A stretch of 64,000 bases of DNA from Anaerolineae bacterium (GCA_963675785.1 OY776562.1:2080001-2144000); one strand, 5' to 3'; shown: positions 40,494 to 50,199, numbered from the stretch's first letter. Numbers and translations: made by a program. The notes: generated by a model from the sequence alone, not told the origin.

Positions 40494-40622
40494 TGTAGGT
40501 TGGCCTGTAGGGTCAGGGGAGTGCTGTGACGCAAGGTTGCCACGAACCAGATGCTCGGTAAGTTACCTCACGACGTGAGGAAGCTTGCTGAGCCTTTTTT
40601 TGTGCCTTGAACAGGAACCAAC
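40494..40622 (+). ncRNA. Candidate cis-regulatory RNA or small RNA with an intrinsic terminator
   Basis: Small hairpins, then gctcggtaagtt-cctcac/gtgagg-agcttgctgagc followed by T7 (40553-40601); family not recognised. Confidence 0.5.
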
Positions 40623-40764
40623 AGACACTCTGACGTGAATGACATGATGCTCCGGATACCGGACAGTAATATTATGGGAGGTAAGTTCTAGCAAGGTAAC
40701 GGCCACACCAAAGAGGTGGTGGTAAGCAACGGACGCGCAAAACCTTGATGGAGAGGACAAAGCT

Positions 40765-41724
40765 GTGGAGGACGAGTCGACCAGACGCATCACCCGCGAA
40801 GCCGAGATAGACCAAATCTCTGCCGATGATACGGTCAGTCTGTACTTGAAACAGATGGGACAGGTACCATTGCTCACAGCTGAAGAAGAAGTTACCCTGG
40901 CCCGTCAGATCGAAGAAGGAACGTTTGCCAGAGCTCGAATCTGTGAGGGGAACTGCACCGAAGACGAACTTGATGAACTTGAGCGGATTGTTGTAATTGG
41001 CGAAGAGGCCCGTGACCGATTGGTGGTATCCAATACCAGGCTGGTCGTAAGCGTCGCCAAAAAGTATGTTGGGCAAGGTGTCCCGTTCCTGGATCTTATC
41101 CAGGAAGGCAACATTGGCCTGATGAAGGCCGTGGAAAAGTTTGACTACCACCGGGGCTTTAAGTTCAGCACTTATGCTACATGGTGGATCCGTCAGGGCA
41201 TTACGCGCGCCCTGGCACAGCAGAGCCGCCTAATTCGGCTGCCGGTTCATGCTGGTGATCAAATCCGCCGCATCTACCGCCTCGCAGAAGAGATTGAACA
41301 GGAGACCGGCCACAAGGCGTCTCCTGAAGAGATCGCTGCCGAAGCAGGTCTGCCAGCCGATAAGGTTGATCAGCTCTTGAGAATATCGCGTTATCCCGTA
41401 TCGCTAGAGCGCCCCGTGGGTGACGATGGCGATACCGAATTTGGCGATTTCATCGAAGACGATGATTCGCCCGAACCTACCGAAATTGCTTCACAGCAAA
41501 TGCTGCGGGAAACCCTAGAGAGTGTGCTAACCGCACTCACTCCCAGAGAAGCCCGTATCCTCCGCCTGCGTTTTGGGCTGCGTGACGGCAAACCTCATAC
41601 CCTGGAAGAAGTCGGCGAAAAGTTTGGGCTTACCAGGGAACGGATTCGCCAGATCGAGCATCAAGCGCTGGACAGGCTCCGCAACCCCCGTCGCAGTGAA
41701 AAACTGCGGGATTACATCCGTTAG
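40765..41724 (+). CDS. RpoD/SigA-family sigma factor lacking region 1.1 (group-2-like)
   Basis: [51 protein letters not shown]. Confidence 0.93.
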   Translation: MEDESTRRITREAEIDQISADDTVSLYLKQMGQVPLLTAEEEVTLARQIEEGTFARARICEGNCTEDELDELERIVVIGEEARDRLVVSNTRLVVSVAKKYVGQGVPFLDLIQEGNIGLMKAVEKFDYHRGFKFSTYATWWIRQGITRALAQQSRLIRLPVHAGDQIRRIYRLAEEIEQETGHKASPEEIAAEAGLPADKVDQLLRISRYPVSLERPVGDDGDTEFGDFIEDDDSPEPTEIASQQMLRETLESVLTALTPREARILRLRFGLRDGKPHTLEEVGEKFGLTRERIRQIEHQALDRLRNPRRSEKLRDYIR

Positions 41725-41729
41725 ACCCC

Positions 41730-41754
41730 GGGCCGCTCATTGAGCGGCCCTTTT
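41730..41754 (+). terminator. Intrinsic terminator after the sigma gene
   Basis: gggccgctca/tgagcggccc stem followed by tttt. Confidence 0.8.
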
Positions 41755-41820
41755 CTGTGCCTCTGCTGGACTCTCCTCCCCTCCCGTGAGATAATGAAAC
41801 AAGCTAGAGGGAGGCGAATT

Positions 41821-42720
41821 ATGGAACAGTATCCTGGCATCACTGTCATACGCGTTCCCTTTGAAGAGACGCGCTATATCAATGTATTCTTGTTGAGTGG
41901 CACTCGTTCGATCCTTGTGGATACCGGCATAGCAGGCACCGCTGTTGGCCACATCCTTCCTTCGCTCGAACAAATGGGGCTCTCTGCCCCCCATCCTGCT
42001 ATCGTGGTCAACCTGCACAGCCACGCCGACCACATCGGCGGCAACGCCGAGCTCTTTGCAGCATGGAAAGAGATGGTGTTATTCGCGGCGCACGTCTTTG
42101 AAGTCCCTTTCATTGAGGATCATTTTATTCTGGCGCGGTATGTCTACCATCTAGACACCGTGCCCGAGATCCGCCAATTAATGGGGCGCACTGGAAGCAG
42201 TGTACCGATCAGTCTCCGCCTGCGCGACGGCGACAAGCTCTCCCTCGGTAATCATGAGATAACCGTTTTGCACAGCCCCGGCCACACAGTGGGCAATATT
42301 GCCCTGTGGGACGAGGATAACCACATTCTCATCCACGGCGAAAGCATTATGGGGCCAGCTGAACTAGATGAGCACGGCAGCTTAGCGGCCAACTTTGGAC
42401 GAAACCCTCTGGATTACCGCGAAACCCTTTTACGCCTGAACCACCTCGATTTTGAGACGTTGCTCTCATCTCACCGCCCCGCCATGAACGCAAAAGAAGG
42501 GCATGCTTTTATCCAGGAGACGCTGCACAGCCTGGAACGCTTTATCCAGACCGTAAAAACCTGCCTAGCCCAGGTAAGTAATACCTCAAGCGATCTCGCG
42601 AAATGCGTGGCCGAACGCGGCAATTATCAACTGGACAAAGACCTGATGCGACAAGTAGAAGCAATTGCCAAAAAACAGACAAAAGCCGCATTAGCCCCCC
42701 CGCCGGTTTCCGCTCTCTGA
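41821..42720 (+). CDS. MBL-fold metallo-hydrolase
   Basis: LVDTG, HSHADHIGG, SPGHT; ATG 41821 after GGAGG. Confidence 0.88.
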   Translation: MEQYPGITVIRVPFEETRYINVFLLSGTRSILVDTGIAGTAVGHILPSLEQMGLSAPHPAIVVNLHSHADHIGGNAELFAAWKEMVLFAAHVFEVPFIEDHFILARYVYHLDTVPEIRQLMGRTGSSVPISLRLRDGDKLSLGNHEITVLHSPGHTVGNIALWDEDNHILIHGESIMGPAELDEHGSLAANFGRNPLDYRETLLRLNHLDFETLLSSHRPAMNAKEGHAFIQETLHSLERFIQTVKTCLAQVSNTSSDLAKCVAERGNYQLDKDLMRQVEAIAKKQTKAALAPPPVSAL

Positions 42721-42801
42721 TCTCGCTACACTACACCTCGACCGGGTTGCGTTCCTTACAAGCCCGGGTAGAATCTCCTCGTCTTGTGAAAGGAGCAAGT
42801 A

Positions 42802-43539
42802 GTGATCCCCCTTATCGAAATGTGTGTGGATTCGGTCGAATCGGCCCTTTCGGCTCAAGCAGGCGGTGCCCAGCGCATCGAATTGTGCGCCGACTTGCTA
42901 GAAGGCGGCACAACTCCCAGTCACGGCACCCTCGTTAGCACGCGCAAGGTCCTGTTTATCGGTATGAACGTCATCATCCGGCCCCGCGGTGGCGATTTCC
43001 TCTATTCCGAGGCCGAATATGCGGTCATCAAGCAGGACTTGCTCCATGCCCGCGAATGCGGCGCCGACGGCGTGGTCATCGGCCTATTGAATGCCGACGG
43101 TACTGTGGACAAAGAGCGCACTGCCGAGCTCGTGGCCTTGGCCCATCCCATGACAATCACCTTTCACCGTGCTTTTGACCTGACCCGCGATCCCTTTAAA
43201 GCGCTGGAGGACCTGATCGACCTGGGCATCGACAGGGTGCTCACGTCGGGACAAGAGAGTTCGGCGCTGGAGGGCCTGGAAACCCTGACTCGACTAGTAG
43301 GACAGGCCAAGGATCGCATTATCATCATGCCTGGCGGTGGTGTGAATGCTCGCAATATTCAGCGTATACTCACCTGCGGCGCCCACGAGGTACATATGCA
43401 CTCGGCCCGAGCGTTGGATAGCGGCATGACCTATCGCAGCAGTCATTGTTACATGGGTAGCGCACTGCGTCCTGCCGAATACGCCCTTTCGATAACCGCC
43501 GCAGACGATGTGGCCCAGATTGTAGCTGCGGCCAAATAG
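42802..43539 (+). CDS. cutC: Copper homeostasis protein CutC
   Basis: RIELC..EGGTTPS, IRPRGGDF, TFHRAFD, RVLTSG. Confidence 0.94.
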   Translation: MIPLIEMCVDSVESALSAQAGGAQRIELCADLLEGGTTPSHGTLVSTRKVLFIGMNVIIRPRGGDFLYSEAEYAVIKQDLLHARECGADGVVIGLLNADGTVDKERTAELVALAHPMTITFHRAFDLTRDPFKALEDLIDLGIDRVLTSGQESSALEGLETLTRLVGQAKDRIIIMPGGGVNARNIQRILTCGAHEVHMHSARALDSGMTYRSSHCYMGSALRPAEYALSITAADDVAQIVAAAK

Positions 43540-43551
43540 AGGAGACTCATC

Positions 43552-45585
43552 ATGCCCGTCGTTCCTTGGGAATGTGAAACAAATCCAGCCGATATGCACT
43601 GCAATCACATGGATCAATGGCAGATCGACTTGGCTGAACACAAAACCTCAGCCTTGTTAGTTGTGCGCCACAATCGTATCGTACACGAGTGGTACGCTCC
43701 CGAATGCGGCCCCGACGTGCCCCATTACACCGCTTCCCTAGCCAAAGCCCTGGTGGGAGGCACCTCCCTCGGCTTGGCGATAGCAGACGATCTCATCTCA
43801 CCAGACAACCTCGCTTGCCAATACATTCCGGCCTGGCGCGTTGATCCCCTCCGTTCCAAGATCACCATTGCGCAGTTGGCCAGTCATTCTTCTGGCCTGG
43901 AGGATGCCGAAACGCTAGGCAAGGGTCACATGGATCAGGACGGCTGGAAAGAAGCCTTTTGGAGGCGTGATCCCGATCCATTTACCATCGCCCGAGATCA
44001 GGCGCCAGTAAGCTTTGAGCCGGGCTCAGCTTACGCCTACAGCAACACGGGTATGGCCATGCTGGCCTATGCCGTAACAGCCTCCCTCCCCGCGAATCAA
44101 AGCATTCGTGAACTGCTCGAGGAGCGCCTGATGACACCGCTGGGTATCCCTCAGGAGAATTGGCAGATCGGCTACGGTACCACCTACGAAATCGACGGCC
44201 TGCGCCTCAATGCTAACTGGGGCGGTGGCAGCTACACTGCCCGAGCGGTGGCCCGTGTCGGACAATTGATGCTGGATCAGGGGCGTTGGGGAAACCAGCA
44301 GCTCATCTCGGCCGAAACTGTGCGACGTATGCTACGGTCCGTGGGCGCTCCTCGGCCGCCACGGGCAGAGGAACTACACATCCCCACACCGGGATTAGGC
44401 TGGTGGTTGAATATCGACGGCACTTGGCCTAACTTGCCACGCGACGCTTTTGCTGGTGCTGGCGCTGGCCAGCAGATTTTACTGGTGGTGCCCTCACTTG
44501 ATTTGGTAGTCGTGCGTTTGGGTGAGGCCTTTACTGGTGGGTTCCGTCATGATGCCTTTTGGCCCGATGTCAATCGCTATCTGATAGAACCTCTTCTCGA
44601 TTCGCTCAAGCCAGTGATGACACCAGTCGACAAGCTGCCCTACCCCGCTAGCCCAGTCATTCGCGGCATCAATTGGGCTCCCATCAACTCGATGGTGCGC
44701 CAGGCTTACGATAGCGACAACTGGCCCACCACCTGGGGCGACGATGATCGCATCTACACCGCTTATGGCGATGGCTGCGGCTTTGCACCTTATGTCGATC
44801 ACAAGATCGGGCTGGGCTTTGCCGCCATCTCGGGCACACCCGATAATCCCCTCGGTGAGAACATTCGCTCTGCCAGCGGCGAAAACGAGGGCATGGGGGC
44901 CAATGGCATCAAAGCTTCGGGCATAGTGATGATTGATGGCGTGCTCTACATGCTGGGGCGCAACGCTGGTAACGCTATCGTCGCCCGCTCTACCGACCAT
45001 GCGCGCACCTGGGAATGGGCAGACTGGCGTTTCGAGACGAGCTTTGGCTATCCGGGATTCGTCAATTTCGGGCGCAACTATGCCAGCGCCCGCGATGAAT
45101 ACGTCTATATCCATTCATCCGATGGCGATTCAGCTTATCTCCCCACTGACCAGATGGTGCTGGCGCGCGTACCTCGTGAACGCATCATAGAACAAGAAGC
45201 CTATACCTTTTGCGCCGGATTGAAGGATGGTCAACCACGGTGGTCCGCCGATATAGCCGAACGTGCGCCTATTTTTATCAATCCCGGCCGATGTAGCCGC
45301 TCTAGCATGGTTTACAACGTCGGCCTCGGGCGCTATTTATGGTGGCAGGTGCTTACCATCGGCCAAGAACCAGGGCCGCGATTTTGTGGTGGTTTTGCCG
45401 TGTATGACGCTCCCGAACCTTGGGGGCCTTGGACCACCGTCTATAGTGCTGACCAGTGGGATATAGGCCCTGGTGAGATGGGCGGCTTTCCTGCCCGCTG
45501 GATGAGCGAGGATGGCAGAGAATGCGCCTTGGTTTCCTCAGGCAATGATTACTTTAGCGTCAGAAAACTGCGCTTACTCTGTTAA
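43552..45585 (+). CDS. Serine hydrolase (beta-lactamase family) fused to a C-terminal DUF4185-like beta-rich domain
   Basis: SLAK (SxxK), HSSGL, YSN; the second domain starts near PYPASPVI..SDNWPTTW..YGDG..APEPWGPW. Confidence 0.75.
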   Translation: MPVVPWECETNPADMHCNHMDQWQIDLAEHKTSALLVVRHNRIVHEWYAPECGPDVPHYTASLAKALVGGTSLGLAIADDLISPDNLACQYIPAWRVDPLRSKITIAQLASHSSGLEDAETLGKGHMDQDGWKEAFWRRDPDPFTIARDQAPVSFEPGSAYAYSNTGMAMLAYAVTASLPANQSIRELLEERLMTPLGIPQENWQIGYGTTYEIDGLRLNANWGGGSYTARAVARVGQLMLDQGRWGNQQLISAETVRRMLRSVGAPRPPRAEELHIPTPGLGWWLNIDGTWPNLPRDAFAGAGAGQQILLVVPSLDLVVVRLGEAFTGGFRHDAFWPDVNRYLIEPLLDSLKPVMTPVDKLPYPASPVIRGINWAPINSMVRQAYDSDNWPTTWGDDDRIYTAYGDGCGFAPYVDHKIGLGFAAISGTPDNPLGENIRSASGENEGMGANGIKASGIVMIDGVLYMLGRNAGNAIVARSTDHARTWEWADWRFETSFGYPGFVNFGRNYASARDEYVYIHSSDGDSAYLPTDQMVLARVPRERIIEQEAYTFCAGLKDGQPRWSADIAERAPIFINPGRCSRSSMVYNVGLGRYLWWQVLTIGQEPGPRFCGGFAVYDAPEPWGPWTTVYSADQWDIGPGEMGGFPARWMSEDGRECALVSSGNDYFSVRKLRLLC

Positions 45586-45598
45586 GGCAAATGAGTTC

Positions 45599-45626
45599 TT
45601 GATGACATCATTCACGGGTGTATAAT
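45599..45626 (+). promoter_or_regulatory. Sigma70-type promoter of the selenoprotein gene
   Basis: TTGATG-N16-TATAAT. Confidence 0.55.
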
Positions 45627-45655
45627 CGTAACCTGATTAGTGAGTTATGGAGCAC

Positions 45656-46696
45656 ATGATGCGATTCAAACGTTTATTGCTCATAGTCATTCTAGCAGGA
45701 ACGACGCTCATCAGCGCTGCCTGCGGTCAGGTTTCACAAACAACACAGCAAGGCGATATTACGACGCCTACGGCTCTTGCAACCGAAACGCCCGCTACGG
45801 TCATCGCTGAAGATCAACCCTGGACGCTGACCGTCATCCATAGTAACGACACCATGGGGCAGATGGTCCCCAGTGGTTGAAGCGACCCCTGCGGGGGGCT
45901 GGCTCGGAGAGCCGGCGTAATTGCTGAAACTAAAGCTGCTGCCGAAGGCATTGTTCTCGTACTAGATGCGGGAAGCTCGCTAATGGGTACAGATATCTCT
46001 CTGGAGACCGAAGGACTTGCTGTAGCCGAACCTATGGCTGCCATGGGCTATGATGCCATGGCCATTGGTGTCATGGACGCGGTCAAGGGACTCGATGCAT
46101 TGCGGGCCGTGGAAGAAACGGGCCTTACACTGCTTAGTGCCAACATCGTTGATGCGACGACGGGGGATTTGGTCTTTACGCCCTACGTTTTGCTGGAAGA
46201 ACAGGGAAAAACCATCGCCCTGTTGGGGCTTTCGGATGATGATGTCCTGTTGGCACCCGGCATGGATGGTGTCATTGATATTCTCGATCCCATCGAGCAA
46301 GCCAAGGCTTTAGTGTCTGAACTAGCCGAACAGGCGGATATCATCGTGGTCATCTCGCACCTCGGCGTTGATCTTGACGAACAGTTAGCTGCGGCGGTGC
46401 CCGATATTGACATCGTCATTGGCGGCAACTCGCAAAACATTCCCGACCAACCCGAAATCGTCGGCAGCACTGTGATGGCACGTATAGAAGCCTATGGTTC
46501 CTATGTAGGCCGCTTGACGGTCAAGTTCTCGGCCGATAATGCCATTACGGATGTGGGTGCAGAGGCCATCCATTTAGATAGCACGATTCCAGAAGACTCG
46601 AATGTAGCAGCCATTGTACAAAAGTGGGTCGATCTATACCCGACACCGACGGCTGATCCGGCAATCACCGAGACGCCAGCCGCTATCACATACTAA
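45656..46696 (+). CDS. Lipoprotein with 5'-nucleotidase (UshA) N-terminal fold; in-frame TGA probably read as selenocysteine
   Basis: ORFs 45647-45880 and 45983-46696 are in the same frame, joined by 34 sense codons: HSNDTMGQMVPSG-U-SDPCGGLARR..LDAG. Lipobox SAAC. Start is 45647, 45656 or 45659. Confidence 0.85.
45898..45916 (+). promoter_or_regulatory. Candidate bacterial SECIS hairpin
   Basis: Stem gctggctc/gagccggc with a GGA loop about 25 nt after the TGA at 45878-45880. Confidence 0.6.
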
Positions 46697-46725
46697 AAAA
46701 GAGGGGGCTTAAAGCCCCCTCTTTT
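46697..46725. terminator. Bidirectional intrinsic terminator
   Basis: aaaagagggggctt/aagccccctctttt. Confidence 0.85.
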
Positions 46726-47823
46726 CTACCCTTTGCGCACTGGCAGGGTTGAGCCGCAGCTCTGGCGTTGTATTACGCGCCCCCCCACATGCACCGTATC
46801 CACCTCTTGTTCCAAGAGCAACCCCTTAACTTGCCGGGCCACCGCAGTGGCTAAACCGTCCAAGTCAAAACGTACCGAAGTAATCGGTGTTGGAGCTACG
46901 CTGCACAAGTTATCATCACCCATGCCAACCACAGCCACATCGCGCGGACATGCCCGGCCAATGTTCGTCAATGCCGATATAACCTGCAACGCATAGATAT
47001 CATGCGAGCAAAAGACGGCTGTCGGCCCATCTTCACTGGCAAATAGCGTTTCCAGCCGACTAACAAAGGTCGAACTCCCCGGCTGGCCCGTAATCACCCA
47101 CTCGAGAGAGACGTCAGCACCGTGATCCCAGAGCGTGTTGGCATAGCCCCAATACCGCCTGTCGCCGGATACACTGGTTGGCTCTGCGCCAACATAAGCG
47201 ATCCTCCTGTGCCCCAAAGAAAGCAGGTGCGCAGTAATAGTAGCCGCGCAGATATCCTCATCCAATACGACAGCCGGCACATCAATACCGTCGATATCGC
47301 GCAGAATCAGGATAATCGGCAAAGGGCTTTGTTCCACAAGACCGCCAAATCGATCTGATAGTCCAGAACTCTCGCCCTGAACAAGTATCAAGGCGGCGAC
47401 ATGCTGCTCGGCAGCAGCGACGTACAGAGCGTCCTCCAGCTCGTCCCAGTTACCTTCCAATGTGCGCAACACCACTTGCAGATCCGCATCTCCCAGAGCA
47501 TGCATCATAGCCTGCAAGAGCCCAATGGGAAGTGCATCGAGGCGATCCGGCACCAATAAACTCACTGTCCCTGTTCGTGATCCAGACTGAGGATGTTCAG
47601 AAATGAACCACCCCAACCCATGGCGGCTAACCACAATGCCGTCATGTTTGAGTTCACGCAAGGCACGGCGCACTGTGATCTGGCTCACACCATAGGCATC
47701 ACAGAGTGCGTGTTCGCTCGGAAGTCTATCTCCCGCTTGCAAGCGACCAGATTCCACCTTGTCGGCAATGTCATCCGCAACCCAGCGATAGAGCGGACCA
47801 GAAGGCCGTTCGGTCATGACCAT
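46726..47823 (-). CDS. GntR wHTH + LacI-type sugar-binding domain regulator (AraR-like)
   Basis: RLPSEHAL..VSQITVRRAL..HGLG; HLLSLGHRRIA, PTAVFC, DVAVVGMGD. Confidence 0.9.
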   Translation of the reverse strand: MVMTERPSGPLYRWVADDIADKVESGRLQAGDRLPSEHALCDAYGVSQITVRRALRELKHDGIVVSRHGLGWFISEHPQSGSRTGTVSLLVPDRLDALPIGLLQAMMHALGDADLQVVLRTLEGNWDELEDALYVAAAEQHVAALILVQGESSGLSDRFGGLVEQSPLPIILILRDIDGIDVPAVVLDEDICAATITAHLLSLGHRRIAYVGAEPTSVSGDRRYWGYANTLWDHGADVSLEWVITGQPGSSTFVSRLETLFASEDGPTAVFCSHDIYALQVISALTNIGRACPRDVAVVGMGDDNLCSVAPTPITSVRFDLDGLATAVARQVKGLLLEQEVDTVHVGGRVIQRQSCGSTLPVRKG

Positions 47824-47866
47824 GAGCTCCCTCCCCAGACCAAACCAGCACTAGATGAAACAAACT

Positions 47867-50164
47867 TTAATCCACACGCCCCTGACGTGCTGAGAACCAG
47901 CGATAATCAATGTTCAAAAAGACTTTGTCGAGTTCATATAGTTCTTCAACAAAACTCGTATCAATATCAGCATGCTCAACTGCATCAGCAAGCTGATTAA
48001 AGCGCACCACATGTGATTCGAACCGCTCTATAGCGTACTCTTTGGCCTGCCCAGTGGTGATCAAAAAAGGCCAGTCACTAGATTCGAGGAGCAACAATTC
48101 GCGTGCAGCCTGATCAAGCGCCCATCGCTCATCGCCTATCGCGTCAGGATGCTCGGCACAAAGCCGTTCCATCCTGGTTTCAGCCGCATGAATCGGCTCC
48201 CACACCCAATGTGTGTCGTCATTATCCCAGGTCCAATGGGTTCCGCCCGCTCCCCAGGAACTCTCAGGAAGCGCCATGACCTCTTCGGGCGGGTTGATCT
48301 CGAGATATTCGCTGGCCGTCACCAAGTCTACCTCGTCGTCCTCAGCCAGGTTTCGCAGAACCTCGCGAATCCAGGTAACACCCTCGAACCACCAGTGGCC
48401 AAAGAGCTCGGTATCATAGTTTGAAGCCACTAGACCATATTGACCAGTCTTTTCGTGATTTTCGACCAACAGCTCGTGCACAAGCGAAGCATAGTGTTTT
48501 GCGTGGCTTATTACCTTGTTCTCGGCCCAATCGGGGTGATACCAGTCTTTGGAACCCAATTCGGTACGGGGACCGGTAACGCGCCAGTACTGCAAACCCG
48601 ATTCAGGGTCTTTTTGATGGAATTCGCGATAATCCTGATCACCAGGATAGCCCCAATCCGCCGACCAAACTTGCTGACCCGTACGATTGTTGCGCCCAAT
48701 GGCTGCAACTGGCGGATCGACTAGCCCGTTGGTGTTGCCCATCACCCAATAGGCAGAGAAAGTGGTGCCACCACTGGTGTTGCTTTCAGCCATGGGTATA
48801 ACATAATGGCGCTTGATCATGCCATAGGGGCCAATGGCAGTTTCGCCGGCAGCCTTACCCACAGGCATACCACCCTCAATGGCGTGCGTCTCCACAAAGA
48901 AACAGGTAATACCTTGCGCCGAGAGAAACTCTTCGATGCCCGGGCGCACCGTACCGTCGTCATCCACAAAAGCTGGCCTATAGGCACATTCGGGCAGCCA
49001 GATGGCACGAGGTGCCTTGCCGAAATGACGCATATAGCTGGCAATTCCCGTACGAAGCTGGCCATAAATAGACGAATCGCGCCCCAGCAGCGGCAGATAG
49101 CCGTGGGTTGCCGCAGAACAAATGATCTCGATCAGCTCCTCATCCTGCAGTTGGCGGAATGCGCCGATCACATCGCTCTTGAAACGGTCCAAAAAGGCGT
49201 TATGTACCTTGCGGTAATAGTCACGATAAAAGGTGGCCAGATATTCGGCGTGCTCGTCACCCTCTTCGCCAAAGCGGGGGATATCTGCTTCGGCAGAAGC
49301 GATCTCTTGATCCAAATAGGTGACAAAATGGGCTTTGATGTCGGCATCGGCCAGTTGCTCGGTGAGAACCGGCGTAATGCCGATAGTCAAGCGAAAATCA
49401 ATACCCTCATCGCGAAGGTCATAGAGGGCCATAAGCAAGGGAATATACGTCTCGGCCAGGGCTTCGTGCAGCCACTCTTCTCCGTGGGGCCACATGCCCG
49501 CCCGTCGGCAATAAGGCAAATGGCTGTGCAGTACGAACGTAAACGCCCCTGCCGCCTGACCGGGGGTGTTGCGTGGTTTTAGGGCCTTGATCGGAGCCGG
49601 GACAATTGAATTGTTTGCAGACCGAAAAGCCCCCTGAACGAGCTGCTCTTTGAGATTCAGTGTCCACTCGATATCGATGCGAACACGTCCTGCAAGATGG
49701 CGCCAAACGGCATCCAGTGCCAAACCGGGCCCAGGCTGCGCCTGATAGGAGCGCGACATATGCTCAATGCGCACAAGTTCATCTTCTAGGTGCTCTAACC
49801 GGCGATCGAGGAGAGCAGCAAGTTCATCCTCAGGCAGCAAATCGATGAATGAGGCCGCCGCATCCTGAGGTACGCCTCCCAGCGCTGTTTCCTGCCAGGC
49901 ATCTCGCAGCAAATCCTGAAGAACCAGTCCACCCTGGTCAGTAATCTGATAAACATTGCGAGCTGGGCGGCCCTGTGCAGCCTCAACGCCAGACTTGACG
50001 ATCAGGCCTTCATCGGACATACGCGCCAATTGGGCATAGAGCGAGGCCGATGGCACGGTCGCCCAGTCACGGTAAGCATCGCTTTCCAGCGTTTTCTTGA
50101 TCTGGTATCCATACATCTCGCCCCGGGCTAGCAAACCTAGAATCAAAGTACGTACTTGCGACAT
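47867..50164 (-). CDS. Fusion of a PadR-family regulator and a GH57 1,4-alpha-glucan branching enzyme (DUF1957)
   Basis: N-terminus ILGLLARGEMYGYQIK..SLYAQL..RNVYQITDQG; C-terminus FVLHSHLPY, ATHGYLP, WLPECAY, YDTELFGHWWFEG, ESSDWPF. Confidence 0.88.
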   Translation of the reverse strand: MSQVRTLILGLLARGEMYGYQIKKTLESDAYRDWATVPSASLYAQLARMSDEGLIVKSGVEAAQGRPARNVYQITDQGGLVLQDLLRDAWQETALGGVPQDAAASFIDLLPEDELAALLDRRLEHLEDELVRIEHMSRSYQAQPGPGLALDAVWRHLAGRVRIDIEWTLNLKEQLVQGAFRSANNSIVPAPIKALKPRNTPGQAAGAFTFVLHSHLPYCRRAGMWPHGEEWLHEALAETYIPLLMALYDLRDEGIDFRLTIGITPVLTEQLADADIKAHFVTYLDQEIASAEADIPRFGEEGDEHAEYLATFYRDYYRKVHNAFLDRFKSDVIGAFRQLQDEELIEIICSAATHGYLPLLGRDSSIYGQLRTGIASYMRHFGKAPRAIWLPECAYRPAFVDDDGTVRPGIEEFLSAQGITCFFVETHAIEGGMPVGKAAGETAIGPYGMIKRHYVIPMAESNTSGGTTFSAYWVMGNTNGLVDPPVAAIGRNNRTGQQVWSADWGYPGDQDYREFHQKDPESGLQYWRVTGPRTELGSKDWYHPDWAENKVISHAKHYASLVHELLVENHEKTGQYGLVASNYDTELFGHWWFEGVTWIREVLRNLAEDDEVDLVTASEYLEINPPEEVMALPESSWGAGGTHWTWDNDDTHWVWEPIHAAETRMERLCAEHPDAIGDERWALDQAARELLLLESSDWPFLITTGQAKEYAIERFESHVVRFNQLADAVEHADIDTSFVEELYELDKVFLNIDYRWFSARQGRVD

Positions 50165-50178
50165 GAGCACTCCTTGCT

Positions 50179-50199
50179 AATAGTCCAAGTTAGACTATT
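50179..50199. promoter_or_regulatory. Palindromic operator candidate upstream of the PadR-GH57 RBS
   Basis: AATAGTC-caagtta-GACTATT. Confidence 0.6.

Noticed and set aside
40494-40680. Identification as 6S RNA, SRP RNA, or a glnA/ZTP/c-di-GMP riboswitch
   Set aside because: Only fragmentary resemblance (CCUUGAAC, GGGGAG). The SRP GGAA-loop motif and the riboswitch cores are absent, so it is left unassigned.
45647-46696. Interpretation as a nonsense pseudogene or two separate genes
   Set aside because: There is only one TGA, at the position where UshA-like selenoproteins have Sec. The frame is otherwise intact and a SECIS-like hairpin follows. Not formally excluded.
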